DNA of 64,000 nucleotides from contig OZ245758.1 in the NCBI GenBank assembly GCA_965227405.1, positions 1,321,693 to 1,385,692 of the forward strand. The letters run 5' to 3'. This stretch comes from Polyangiales bacterium (GTDB taxonomy: Bacteria > Myxococcota_A > Polyangia > Polyangiales > Houyiibacteriaceae). Shown one piece after another: positions 19,789-27,797 of the stretch; within the stretch, counting starts at the first letter, position 1, and every line of letters begins with the position of its first letter. The notes under the pieces are model-generated. The model did no database searches. It had not been told where the DNA came from and saw only the letters and a program-made list of their open reading frames with translations. A program made the position numbers and the translations under genes.

Positions 19789-20227
19789 CGTAGTTTTGGA
19801 TGTTCCCGATTTGGTGCGCCCAACCGCCTTCGTTCATTCGGAACGCTTCCGCCGAACGATCCTTGGGAAGTGCATCGAAACCCGATTCGGTCACCTTGAG
19901 CAAGGTCCCGCCTTCGCTTTCTTCCAGATAAAACTCGACCAGCGTCGTGGGCTCATCGGAGTAGTCGCGCTGTGGGTCGAGCGCGTAGGGATGCCATCGA
20001 TAGGCGCACGAGTGCTCCGGCTCCATGCGTTCCACCCAAAGCTCAAACGGAATGTGCGCAAACTTGGGGTTCTTCATTCGCCCAGTGATTTTCTCACCGA
20101 CCACGAACGCGCCGTCGAGGTTCACGCCAAACCACGCGCCAAATTCCGAAGCGTCGCTGATGGCTTTCCAAACCCGCGAACGCGGCGCCTTGAGCTGAAT
20201 TTCCTTATGAATCTCGTTTGTCGACAT
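19778..20227 (-). CDS. SRPBCC (AHSA1/START-like) domain protein
   Basis: Start at MSTNEIH (cat 20225-20227) with an AGGAGG SD. KAPRSRVWKAISDASEFGAWFG is AHSA1-like. Classic partner of ArsR. Confidence 0.8.
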   Translation of the reverse strand: MSTNEIHKEIQLKAPRSRVWKAISDASEFGAWFGVNLDGAFVVGEKITGRMKNPKFAHIPFELWVERMEPEHSCAYRWHPYALDPQRDYSDEPTTLVEFYLEESEGGTLLKVTESGFDALPKDRSAEAFRMNEGGWAHQIGNIQNYVDG

Positions 20228-20290
20228 CCGCAACCTCCTGGTTGCATATGCATAGTGGCACGTCTCGTGTTGTGCAACCAAAAGGTTGCA
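20228..20290. promoter_or_regulatory. Two TGCAACC-N4-GGTTGCA inverted repeats (candidate ArsR operators) in a divergent promoter
   Basis: GCAACC-tcct-GGTTGC at 20230-20245 and TGCAACC-aaaa-GGTTGCA at 20273-20290. The spacer of the first carries the SD of the SRPBCC gene. Confidence 0.4.
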
Positions 20291-20317
20291 TGATCGTGCA
20301 CTGGTACCCTCGCGGCA

Positions 20318-22609
20318 ATGGGGAAGGAGGAGACGCTCACAGACACGATCGCTGAGCTGGACCAGACGTTCGTACGCGATTCGAAGGCCGAGGGGGATTG
20401 GAGCGTCCAGCCTTCGGAGCGGTACGAGCTAGGCGCGATCGTCGGATCGGGGGCCCAAGGCGACGTGCTGCGTGCCACAGACCGCGTGCTCGGTCGGGAG
20501 GTTGCGCTCAAGGCGTTGCGTCAAGACGGGATCGACCTCGACATTGGCAACTTCATTCGCGAGGCGCGGCTGATGGCGCAGATCGGCCACCCCAACATCA
20601 TGCCGATCTACGACGCCGGGCTTCTCCCCGACGGGCGGCTCTTCTACACCATGCCGCTACTCGAGCAGCGCACCCTCGCAGAGTTGATCGTCCAGATCGC
20701 GATGGGCGAAGACATGCCACTCGTGCGAAGGATGCGTCTGTTCGCAAACGCGTGCACCGCTGTCCACGAGGCACATCTCAAAGGTGTCTATCACCGTGAT
20801 CTAAAACCGCACAACATGGTGATCGGCCCGAGCGGTGAACTCCTCGTGACGGACTTTGGACTCGCGCGACGAGAAGACGAGGAGATCGAAAAGCGCGATC
20901 CAAACGAAACCGGTCCGATCGGAACACCTCTGTACATGTCGCCAGAACAAGCCCGCGGAGAACCTGGTGATGTGTCCTCGGACGTGTACTCACTCGGAGC
21001 GATTCTGTTTGAGCTGCTGACGCTGGAGCGTCCCATCGAAAAGGACAACGTGGTCAAGCAGCTGGTCGCTGTGTTGCACGATGACCCGCCACGTGCGCAT
21101 GAAGTTCATCCCGAAGTTCCGCTCGATTTATCTGAGTTGGCCGCGCGTTGCTTGGCCAAACTTCCTGGCGATCGTCCTGAGAGTGCACTTGCCGTCGTCG
21201 AAGGAATCGAGGGATGGCTTGAAGGTCGCTTTGAAGATGAGCGGCGGAGGCAGGAGTGCCGCAAGCGCGTGGAACATGCGCAAGAGCGACTGGGAGTTGC
21301 AAAGCGACTGAGCACTGCGATCGGCGCGCTGCAAGGTCAGCTGCACGCGATGCGACTCGACACACCGGAACACGCACCGCTGAAGGTCAAACAACCGTTG
21401 TGGGAGATGGAAGGCAACATCGAGCGGCTTGTGTTGGAACGCGACGAAGCGGAGGAAGCCGCGGTCGCATCCTTGGAACTAGCCTTGCGAGCACGCCCGA
21501 AAGATCCAGCTGCATCCAGTACGTGGGTCGAGGTTCAGCTTCGGCGTCGCGAGCGGTTACTCGAAGCTGGACACGAAGTGCTTGCCCGGCGTGCGGCGGC
21601 GCGTGCGATCCGTGTCGGTGGTGATGTCCTGGAGCATCAACTTTACGGTGCCGGACGACTCTGGGTGCAGACCGATCATCCCGTTTGGTTGGAACGCTAC
21701 GCAGTACGTGGAGGCACACTCCAACCTAGCGAGCCCGTCGAAGTGCGGACCCAAATCGATCTCCCGCCGGGTTCGTATCGCTTGCGCGCCAACGTTGCGG
21801 GCGTCGATGTGTTTCTTCCCGTGTTGATCGAAGCCGGCGAAACGTTGCCCGTGGGCTTTCACCCCGGACTTCAGAGCGCGTTGCCGCAGGGGTTTGCGCT
21901 TGTGCACGCCGGTCGAACTCAGCTTGGTGGGGATCGCGATGCGATTCACTCCGAACCCGCGCGTGTCGTGGAGATGCACAGTTTTGGGATGGCGCGGCGA
22001 CCCGTGACTGCTGCCGAGTACCTCGCTTGGCTGCGGACGTTCGACGATCCCGAGACCGCGTTGTTGAAAGGACCGCGTGCGACACCAGATGGTGGTCCGT
22101 ACTGGAAAGTCGTGGACGGGTGCATCGTGATTCCCGTGGAAGACGACGATGGGGATGCGTGGGATCCGAACTTTCCGGTGTTTGGGATCACGCGTCGTGA
22201 CGCTGAGGCGTATGTCGAGTGGCGGTCGAAACGGGATGCTCGGCACTACCGGTTGCCGACGGACGATGAGTGGGAACGAGCCGCGCGAGGAGCGGATGGT
22301 CGACGCTATCCGTGGGGTGATCGTTTCGATCCTGCGTTGTGCAAGATGCGGCTTTCGCGTCCCGGTCAGTTTCGTCCTGAACCCATCGGTGCGTTTGCGA
22401 CCGATGTGTCGCCTTTCGGCATTGTGGACATGGCGGGTTCGATCGCCGAGTGGACCAGTTCAGCGTACCGTGATGATCCTGTGCATGTGAGTGTGCGGGG
22501 AGGTGCGTGGAGTAGTCGTGCGCATCGATGTGCGGCTTCGTTTCGGGGTTCGATGATTGTCGATCATCTCAGCGCGGACCTAGGGTTTCGTCTGGTCGTT
22601 GACCTGTGA
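20318..22609 (+). CDS. Ser/Thr protein kinase fused to a C-terminal FGE-sulfatase (SUMF1-like) domain
   Basis: Kinase: GSGAQGDVLRA, VALK, HRDLKPHNMVI, DFGLAR, SPEQ. C-terminus: GMARRPVTAAEYLAWLRTF...RGGAWSSRAHRCAASFRG, the formylglycine-generating-enzyme fold. Confidence 0.85.
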   Translation: MGKEETLTDTIAELDQTFVRDSKAEGDWSVQPSERYELGAIVGSGAQGDVLRATDRVLGREVALKALRQDGIDLDIGNFIREARLMAQIGHPNIMPIYDAGLLPDGRLFYTMPLLEQRTLAELIVQIAMGEDMPLVRRMRLFANACTAVHEAHLKGVYHRDLKPHNMVIGPSGELLVTDFGLARREDEEIEKRDPNETGPIGTPLYMSPEQARGEPGDVSSDVYSLGAILFELLTLERPIEKDNVVKQLVAVLHDDPPRAHEVHPEVPLDLSELAARCLAKLPGDRPESALAVVEGIEGWLEGRFEDERRRQECRKRVEHAQERLGVAKRLSTAIGALQGQLHAMRLDTPEHAPLKVKQPLWEMEGNIERLVLERDEAEEAAVASLELALRARPKDPAASSTWVEVQLRRRERLLEAGHEVLARRAAARAIRVGGDVLEHQLYGAGRLWVQTDHPVWLERYAVRGGTLQPSEPVEVRTQIDLPPGSYRLRANVAGVDVFLPVLIEAGETLPVGFHPGLQSALPQGFALVHAGRTQLGGDRDAIHSEPARVVEMHSFGMARRPVTAAEYLAWLRTFDDPETALLKGPRATPDGGPYWKVVDGCIVIPVEDDDGDAWDPNFPVFGITRRDAEAYVEWRSKRDARHYRLPTDDEWERAARGADGRRYPWGDRFDPALCKMRLSRPGQFRPEPIGAFATDVSPFGIVDMAGSIAEWTSSAYRDDPVHVSVRGGAWSSRAHRCAASFRGSMIVDHLSADLGFRLVVDL

Positions 22610-22612
22610 CGC

Positions 22613-23083
22613 TTAGGGTTTGTAGTCGTAGACGACGACATCGATGTCGTGGCTGACCAGTTCGGACTGGATACGGGCTTCGACTTCGTGCCATTTGCCC
22701 CCGGCCAGTCCACATCCGATGCGTGGCATGTGCACGCTCGCGTTGAGTTCGCGGGCTTTGTCGCGAGTTGCTGCGAGACCTTTGGCGATGGCGTCGTAGC
22801 GGACTGGCGGTACTCCGTTGACCGGCTTGTAGCCTTCTTGGCCGATGACGTTGGCGACCCAGAGCGAGTCTTCGACTTGGACGAACTGGGTGGCGCCGAG
22901 CGAGAAGCCTTCGCGGGAGCGGTACCACTCGCGGTATTTGCGTTCGGGTGTTTTCCAGCGGCGTGAGATGGCGACGACGAAGCCGGCGCCCCAACCGCCG
23001 CGGTCGTTGCAGACGTGAAGAAGGATTTTGGTTCCATCCCCGATTGGGCGTGTGGCGTCACCCTCGACGAAGCGAAGCGTCAT
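22613..23083 (-). CDS. Macro domain (ADP-ribose binding/processing) protein
   Basis: Start MTLRFVEGD (cat 23081-23083). ILLHVCNDRGGWGAGFVVAIS and HMPRIGCGLAGGKW match macro-domain motifs. Confidence 0.8.
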   Translation of the reverse strand: MTLRFVEGDATRPIGDGTKILLHVCNDRGGWGAGFVVAISRRWKTPERKYREWYRSREGFSLGATQFVQVEDSLWVANVIGQEGYKPVNGVPPVRYDAIAKGLAATRDKARELNASVHMPRIGCGLAGGKWHEVEARIQSELVSHDIDVVVYDYKP

Positions 23084-23116
23084 AAGCGAAGCGTCGCTTT
23101 CCTCCCAACCGGAATC

Positions 23117-23158
23117 AACCCACCCACGTGCTGCAGTACCCACCCACTTGCTCCAATA
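23117..23158. repeat. Tandem imperfect about 20-bp direct repeat (CCCACCCAC-N-TGC...TA)
   Basis: aacccacccacgtgctgcagta followed by cccacccacttgctccaata, 34 bp upstream of the macro gene start. Confidence 0.3.
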
Positions 23159-23281
23159 CCCCCAGCGTGCGCGCTGGACTGGTCGCTAGTTGCTGGTTAG
23201 CGAGCTCCGCCAGCTGCCGCGCTTTGCACTAACGACCCTCGCGGACCATCGGCGACGCTCGCTCGCCCACCCAAAGCACAA

Positions 23282-23312
23282 CGCGCCCTCCCGAGTCACT
23301 CGGCAGGGCGCG
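23282..23312. repeat. 31-bp near-perfect palindrome/hairpin 3' of the HUH gene
   Basis: cgcgccctcccgagtCactcggcagggcgcg; 15-bp arms with one mismatch; core ccgagtcactcgg is perfect. Confidence 0.45.
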
Positions 23313-23338
23313 CTTGGTGTTGTTCCGAACCTCCGCTC

Positions 23339-24253
23339 CTACGCGGCCTCGGCAGGTGGGTCCGCCCGACCCTCCACCTTCACGCCAAACAACACCCGCA
23401 TCTTCCACGTGCCCTCCGGAAACACACACGGCTTCCCAGCACAGTACTTCTCCAGCGCACTCTCGTACGCCTCTCCAAACGACTTCAACAACGACAACAT
23501 CGTCTTCCGCCGTTCACCACGTCCCGCAACACGCGGATTGATCCCCGTTCGCTTCGCCTTCGTACCCGGTCGCTCCCAAATACCCTGCTGCCGAATACGC
23601 TTCATCCCCAACGGACGCTCGGGCCTCGGGATCGCCCGCAACTCGCGATGCAACGTCGCCACCACTTCCTCTCGATCCCAATCCTCCAAACTTGGTGGCA
23701 TCTCCACACGCAACTTCATCCGCGTCGGCAACTTCGTTCGCTTCGAAGCACACTCCGGACGCTTCACATCGATCACCCTCTGACCCATGTCCTCCGGCTT
23801 CGACATCGAACCTTCCCACTGCGTCCACTTCGCGACCAGGCCAGAGAGCTTCGCGTTCCCCATCGTGTACACCAGCTTCTCAATCACGGTCAGGTCACAT
23901 GGCTTGATGTCGTTGCTCAAGTCCACCGCACTGATCTGCGAGCTGTTCCACACGCCTTCGTCAATATCTGGAAAGTGCCGTTTGAGAAGATTCGCAATGG
24001 TCTGATCCAAGTACTGATGAAAGAGCGGCGCCTTCCCATGCACATCGGTGATCACGATGTGAAAGTGGTTGCTCATCAAAATCCATCCATGCACACGCAC
24101 ACCGGTCCGAAACGCGGCATACGCAAGTGCAAAGAGAAAGATCTGCTTCACCACATCATCGCAGGGCGGAAACCGAAAGAACCGCTGCGACGTCCGACGC
24201 GTCAGCAAATAGGTAACGCCCTCGAGCACCATCCGAGCCTTGGACACGCCCAC
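23339..24253 (-). CDS. IS200/RAYT-like HUH (Y1) transposase-family protein with basic C-terminal extension
   Basis: HGWILMSNHFHIVI (HUH) and, about 55 aa downstream, KLVYTMGNA (candidate catalytic Tyr). The gene is visibly lower in GC than its flanks. 304 aa with a K/R-rich C-terminal half. Confidence 0.6.
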   Translation of the reverse strand: MGVSKARMVLEGVTYLLTRRTSQRFFRFPPCDDVVKQIFLFALAYAAFRTGVRVHGWILMSNHFHIVITDVHGKAPLFHQYLDQTIANLLKRHFPDIDEGVWNSSQISAVDLSNDIKPCDLTVIEKLVYTMGNAKLSGLVAKWTQWEGSMSKPEDMGQRVIDVKRPECASKRTKLPTRMKLRVEMPPSLEDWDREEVVATLHRELRAIPRPERPLGMKRIRQQGIWERPGTKAKRTGINPRVAGRGERRKTMLSLLKSFGEAYESALEKYCAGKPCVFPEGTWKMRVLFGVKVEGRADPPAEAA

Positions 24254-24281
24254 TCATCGGCCCAAGACGCGAGGAGTTGCG

Positions 24282-26366
24282 CTAAATCGGCGATGGAGGC
24301 GGTGCGACAGGATCGGTGGGTGTCGGCGGTGCCGGGGGCGGAGTGGCGCTACCGGAGGACAACCCCAAGTCGAAGTTCCGCCCCGCCAACACGGATGCCC
24401 AAGCGCTCGGACCGACCAGGTTAAACGTCCCGCCGTTCTCCTCGAGCGTCGTCGACGTCAACGCCTCGCCAGCACTCTCGACAATACAATTCGGGGTCAC
24501 AATCCCGATTGCATCCCCACCATTCGCCAGCATCAACACACACCCACCGCCCGAGCAATCACGCGGAACATCAAGATCAAAGTTCAAGCTTCCGATCTCC
24601 ACCTCACGTGTTGTGCCTTCGTTCGCGGTGATCCGAATCTCGTCGGCACGTCCGCCTTGCAAGAGCGTGCCGCCAAAACGCGCACCCATCACAGAACCCT
24701 CAGCGTCGTAAAACGCAATTCCCATGCGCTCGTTTGCCCGAAACTCGCTCCCGTCCACATCCACGTTCGCACCGACCGACGCTTCAATCCCACCACGACC
24801 GGCTCCCTCGAATCGTCCCCCGGTCACACTCACAGCATGCGGGCCGCTGATCTGAAAACCCACGTTGTCGCTACCATCGACCACGACCTCGGTCGCAGTG
24901 CTCGCGGTTGCGTGTGCATCACCGCTCAGAACGACACCACGAACCGACGCGTTTTCGACAATGGTATTGGTCAACGCAAACCGTGACGCGTCGTGCGCAA
25001 ACACGCCGACCTCCACATTCTGAAGCATCGCATCCGAGACCGTCACAACGCCTCCCGACAACGCTGCAACGCCGACGCCAACGTTGGCCATGCTCACATC
25101 ACCAAGGGTCAGCTCCGACCCGCGCACGCTAAACGCCGTCTCAACATCACTCGCTTCAACCGTCCCGGCAAGACCCGCCATACCGGCCTCCGCGACAAGC
25201 ACCCCAAGCGCTCCACCACTTAACTGATACGTCCCATCGGTCGATGTCAGTGTTCCTTCGCGTACATACGCATGCGTCGCCATTGTGCTCGTGGTTTCGC
25301 TCCGAAGTGCTCCAGCAAGGGTCACGCTGCCCGTATCCACGAACAAACCGGTCCCCTCTCCAAGCAGCTCAATGCTCACTGCGTCGCCCAACGTGACGTC
25401 CCCCGATGCGGCAACCAGACCAAATCCTGCGATGGCTGCAAAGTCGGTCCGCGCGACATCAACGCTGGCATTGTTGTCGACGATCAACCCCGCAACCGAC
25501 GGTCCTTGAAACAGAACACCGTCCAATGACGCCACACCGCCCCGAACTCGATTGTGTCCAAAGAACGCTCCATCGTCGGTTTGACCTCGCAGCTCCAGAT
25601 CAGGCCCCAAGGTCGCAGCAACCGCATCCTCTACCCACAGCCCCGCATTCCCGGCCAACACAAGCGTGCTCGTCATGACAAGAGTGCCACCACGGGAAAG
25701 CACTCCGTAGTTTCCACCGCTTCCCATAATGGTTGTGTTGGATTCAGTACGCAGCGTTGACCCCGGCGTCGCTACGACCGCCGCACGCTGAAGCGCAGCC
25801 GGTGCCGTCGCGACCGCACCGGTGCGCAACGTGGAGCCGCGCAACGTAGCTTGTGCACTCCCCTCGAGAACCACACTCGCCTGCACGTCCTGAAACTCGA
25901 TGTTCTCCAGCTCCACGATGACATCGCGCGCATAAACACCAACGGCACAGCCTTCGATGGTCACGTCTCGAATGGTGAGGCGCGCAGCCACGTTCACGGC
26001 CACCGGCGCGTCCTCCCGCACCGCGTCATCGAACGCATCGAGAATCGACACGCTCGCACATCCCAGCGATCCGCTCAGCAAGGTCTGTCCGGCTCCCGCA
26101 CCTTCAATGTTCACAGCCCGGTCGAAACTGTCCGGTAGCGTGAACGCGCCCACGCCCACACACACGCGGTCCCCACTCGCGCCAAGCGCCTCTTCCAACG
26201 TGCCAAAGGGCACGGCTTCCGTCCCGTTGCCCCCACTCGCACCACTTTCGACGTAGATGCAGTCAGACGGGCCAACGTCTGTTCCACCATCCATCGGCGG
26301 CATCCCGTCGTCGTCACCGCAGGCGAGTGCAAGCGCACAAAGAAAGACAAGAAGGAGGCGAATCAT
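24282..26366 (-). CDS. Secreted lipoprotein with right-handed parallel beta-helix repeats
   Basis: Start MIRLLLVFLCALALACGDDDG (lipobox LALAC). Long G/A/V/T-rich beta-helix-like repeats. C-terminal Pro-rich tail PPPAPPTPTDPVAPPPSP. Confidence 0.75.
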   Translation of the reverse strand: MIRLLLVFLCALALACGDDDGMPPMDGGTDVGPSDCIYVESGASGGNGTEAVPFGTLEEALGASGDRVCVGVGAFTLPDSFDRAVNIEGAGAGQTLLSGSLGCASVSILDAFDDAVREDAPVAVNVAARLTIRDVTIEGCAVGVYARDVIVELENIEFQDVQASVVLEGSAQATLRGSTLRTGAVATAPAALQRAAVVATPGSTLRTESNTTIMGSGGNYGVLSRGGTLVMTSTLVLAGNAGLWVEDAVAATLGPDLELRGQTDDGAFFGHNRVRGGVASLDGVLFQGPSVAGLIVDNNASVDVARTDFAAIAGFGLVAASGDVTLGDAVSIELLGEGTGLFVDTGSVTLAGALRSETTSTMATHAYVREGTLTSTDGTYQLSGGALGVLVAEAGMAGLAGTVEASDVETAFSVRGSELTLGDVSMANVGVGVAALSGGVVTVSDAMLQNVEVGVFAHDASRFALTNTIVENASVRGVVLSGDAHATASTATEVVVDGSDNVGFQISGPHAVSVTGGRFEGAGRGGIEASVGANVDVDGSEFRANERMGIAFYDAEGSVMGARFGGTLLQGGRADEIRITANEGTTREVEIGSLNFDLDVPRDCSGGGCVLMLANGGDAIGIVTPNCIVESAGEALTSTTLEENGGTFNLVGPSAWASVLAGRNFDLGLSSGSATPPPAPPTPTDPVAPPPSPI

Positions 26367-26369
26367 GGT

Positions 26370-27797
26370 TTGCTGAGCATACCCGTGCAGGAGGGCAAGC
26401 ACATCGACTGGCGCGACTGGCTTGCTGCATTCGCGGTGAGCATGGCGTGGGTGGCGTTGATTCGCCCCGGAGAACTCGATCTCCCGTATTGGTGGGACGA
26501 GGCCGACGTTTACGTCCCCGGATCCAAATGGGTGGCAGAACATGGTCTCACAGTCACACCGGGAATCTTTCCGGACGACTACAGCCGGGGTCACCCGATC
26601 TTGCTCTATTGGTTGGCTGGAGTCGCGTTCAACGCGTTGGGCCCAGGTCCTGTGGTCGGTCATCTCGTCGTGCTGCCGTTCACTGTGGCTGCGTTGGCGT
26701 TCACCTATTTGCTGGGTGCGCACGTGTTTGGACGACGTGCCGGGCTGGCCGCCGCAATCGCTCTCGGCACGACCCCGCTCTTCATGTCGATCGGCAACAT
26801 GCTCTTGCCGGAACTACCGATTACAGCGCTCGCAGTGGCATCGCTCTACGCGTACGCACGCAAGCGCACACTGTGGGTGATCGCGCTTGGTTGCGCGGCG
26901 GTTTGGATCAAAGAAACGGGAGTGTTCTGTGTTGCTGCAATCAGCGGGGCGGAGCTGTGGATGGCGTTGCGCACCCGAGAACGTCGACGTTGGATTCACG
27001 GACTGCTCCTAGGCACACCGGTGCTCGCGCTTGTTGGCTTCTTCGTCTGGCAAAAGGTCCACGCGGGCTACTACGTGTTCCCCCACCACGCGAACCTCTT
27101 TGCGGATCGCCCACTGGACTGGAGCAACCTCGCAACGGTCTGGCCCTCACTCTTGTTTTGGCACGGCCGCTGGGTTCTGGTGCTCGGTGCACTCGCCGCG
27201 CTCGCGTTCGGAAGAAGCGCATGGCCAACACCTGACAACCAACCACGCGTCGTCGTCGCCATGGTGCTGTTGGTGCTCGCGAACTTCGTGTTCTTCAGCA
27301 AGATGTTCTGGCTCGAACGCTACGCACTCCCGGCACATCCAGGAATCTTGGTGCTGCTTTCCGGAGCGTTGCTGTGGGGCGTCGGCAAGCTCCCGCGAGC
27401 ACGACGCACCGCACGCTTTCTTCCACTCTTGTGTGCAGCCGCCATTGGTTTGGGGAGCATGCGCACGGCAACGGCTCCCGATGAAGAAGAACATACGTTT
27501 GCATATGCGGATGCAATCGCATCACACCTGCAAGCATTCGAACATGTTCACGGCACGGTGTTGACTCCGTGGCCCATGACGATCGAGTTGCGCAATCCCT
27601 ACCTCGGCTACGTCGATTCTCCCTTCGAAGCGATTCACCCACGCAGTCACAACGGCGAACGCGTGGACTGCGTGCTCTTTGCGGAACACTCCTGGCGCGC
27701 GGATGAGTTGCGCCAAGAAGCACAGCGACAAGGCATGCATCGCGTAGACGTGTTCCGTGTTGGCGTCGCGCAAGGTCTGGAGCTGTGGTCGCGCTAA
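26370..27797 (+). CDS. GT-C family membrane glycosyltransferase (ArnT/PMT-like, GT39/83-type)
   Basis: About 11 TM helices with first periplasmic loop PYWWDEADVYVPGSKWVAEHG, an ArnT/PMT-like DE-containing loop. Strong SD aaggagg before a TTG start. Confidence 0.75.
   Translation: MLSIPVQEGKHIDWRDWLAAFAVSMAWVALIRPGELDLPYWWDEADVYVPGSKWVAEHGLTVTPGIFPDDYSRGHPILLYWLAGVAFNALGPGPVVGHLVVLPFTVAALAFTYLLGAHVFGRRAGLAAAIALGTTPLFMSIGNMLLPELPITALAVASLYAYARKRTLWVIALGCAAVWIKETGVFCVAAISGAELWMALRTRERRRWIHGLLLGTPVLALVGFFVWQKVHAGYYVFPHHANLFADRPLDWSNLATVWPSLLFWHGRWVLVLGALAALAFGRSAWPTPDNQPRVVVAMVLLVLANFVFFSKMFWLERYALPAHPGILVLLSGALLWGVGKLPRARRTARFLPLLCAAAIGLGSMRTATAPDEEEHTFAYADAIASHLQAFEHVHGTVLTPWPMTIELRNPYLGYVDSPFEAIHPRSHNGERVDCVLFAEHSWRADELRQEAQRQGMHRVDVFRVGVAQGLELWSR

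Noticed and set aside
22613-23143. Macro-domain protein as a DarG-type antitoxin
   Set aside because: There is no DarT-like (DUF4433) partner or other toxin candidate adjacent. The protein is only macro-domain sized (about 157 aa).
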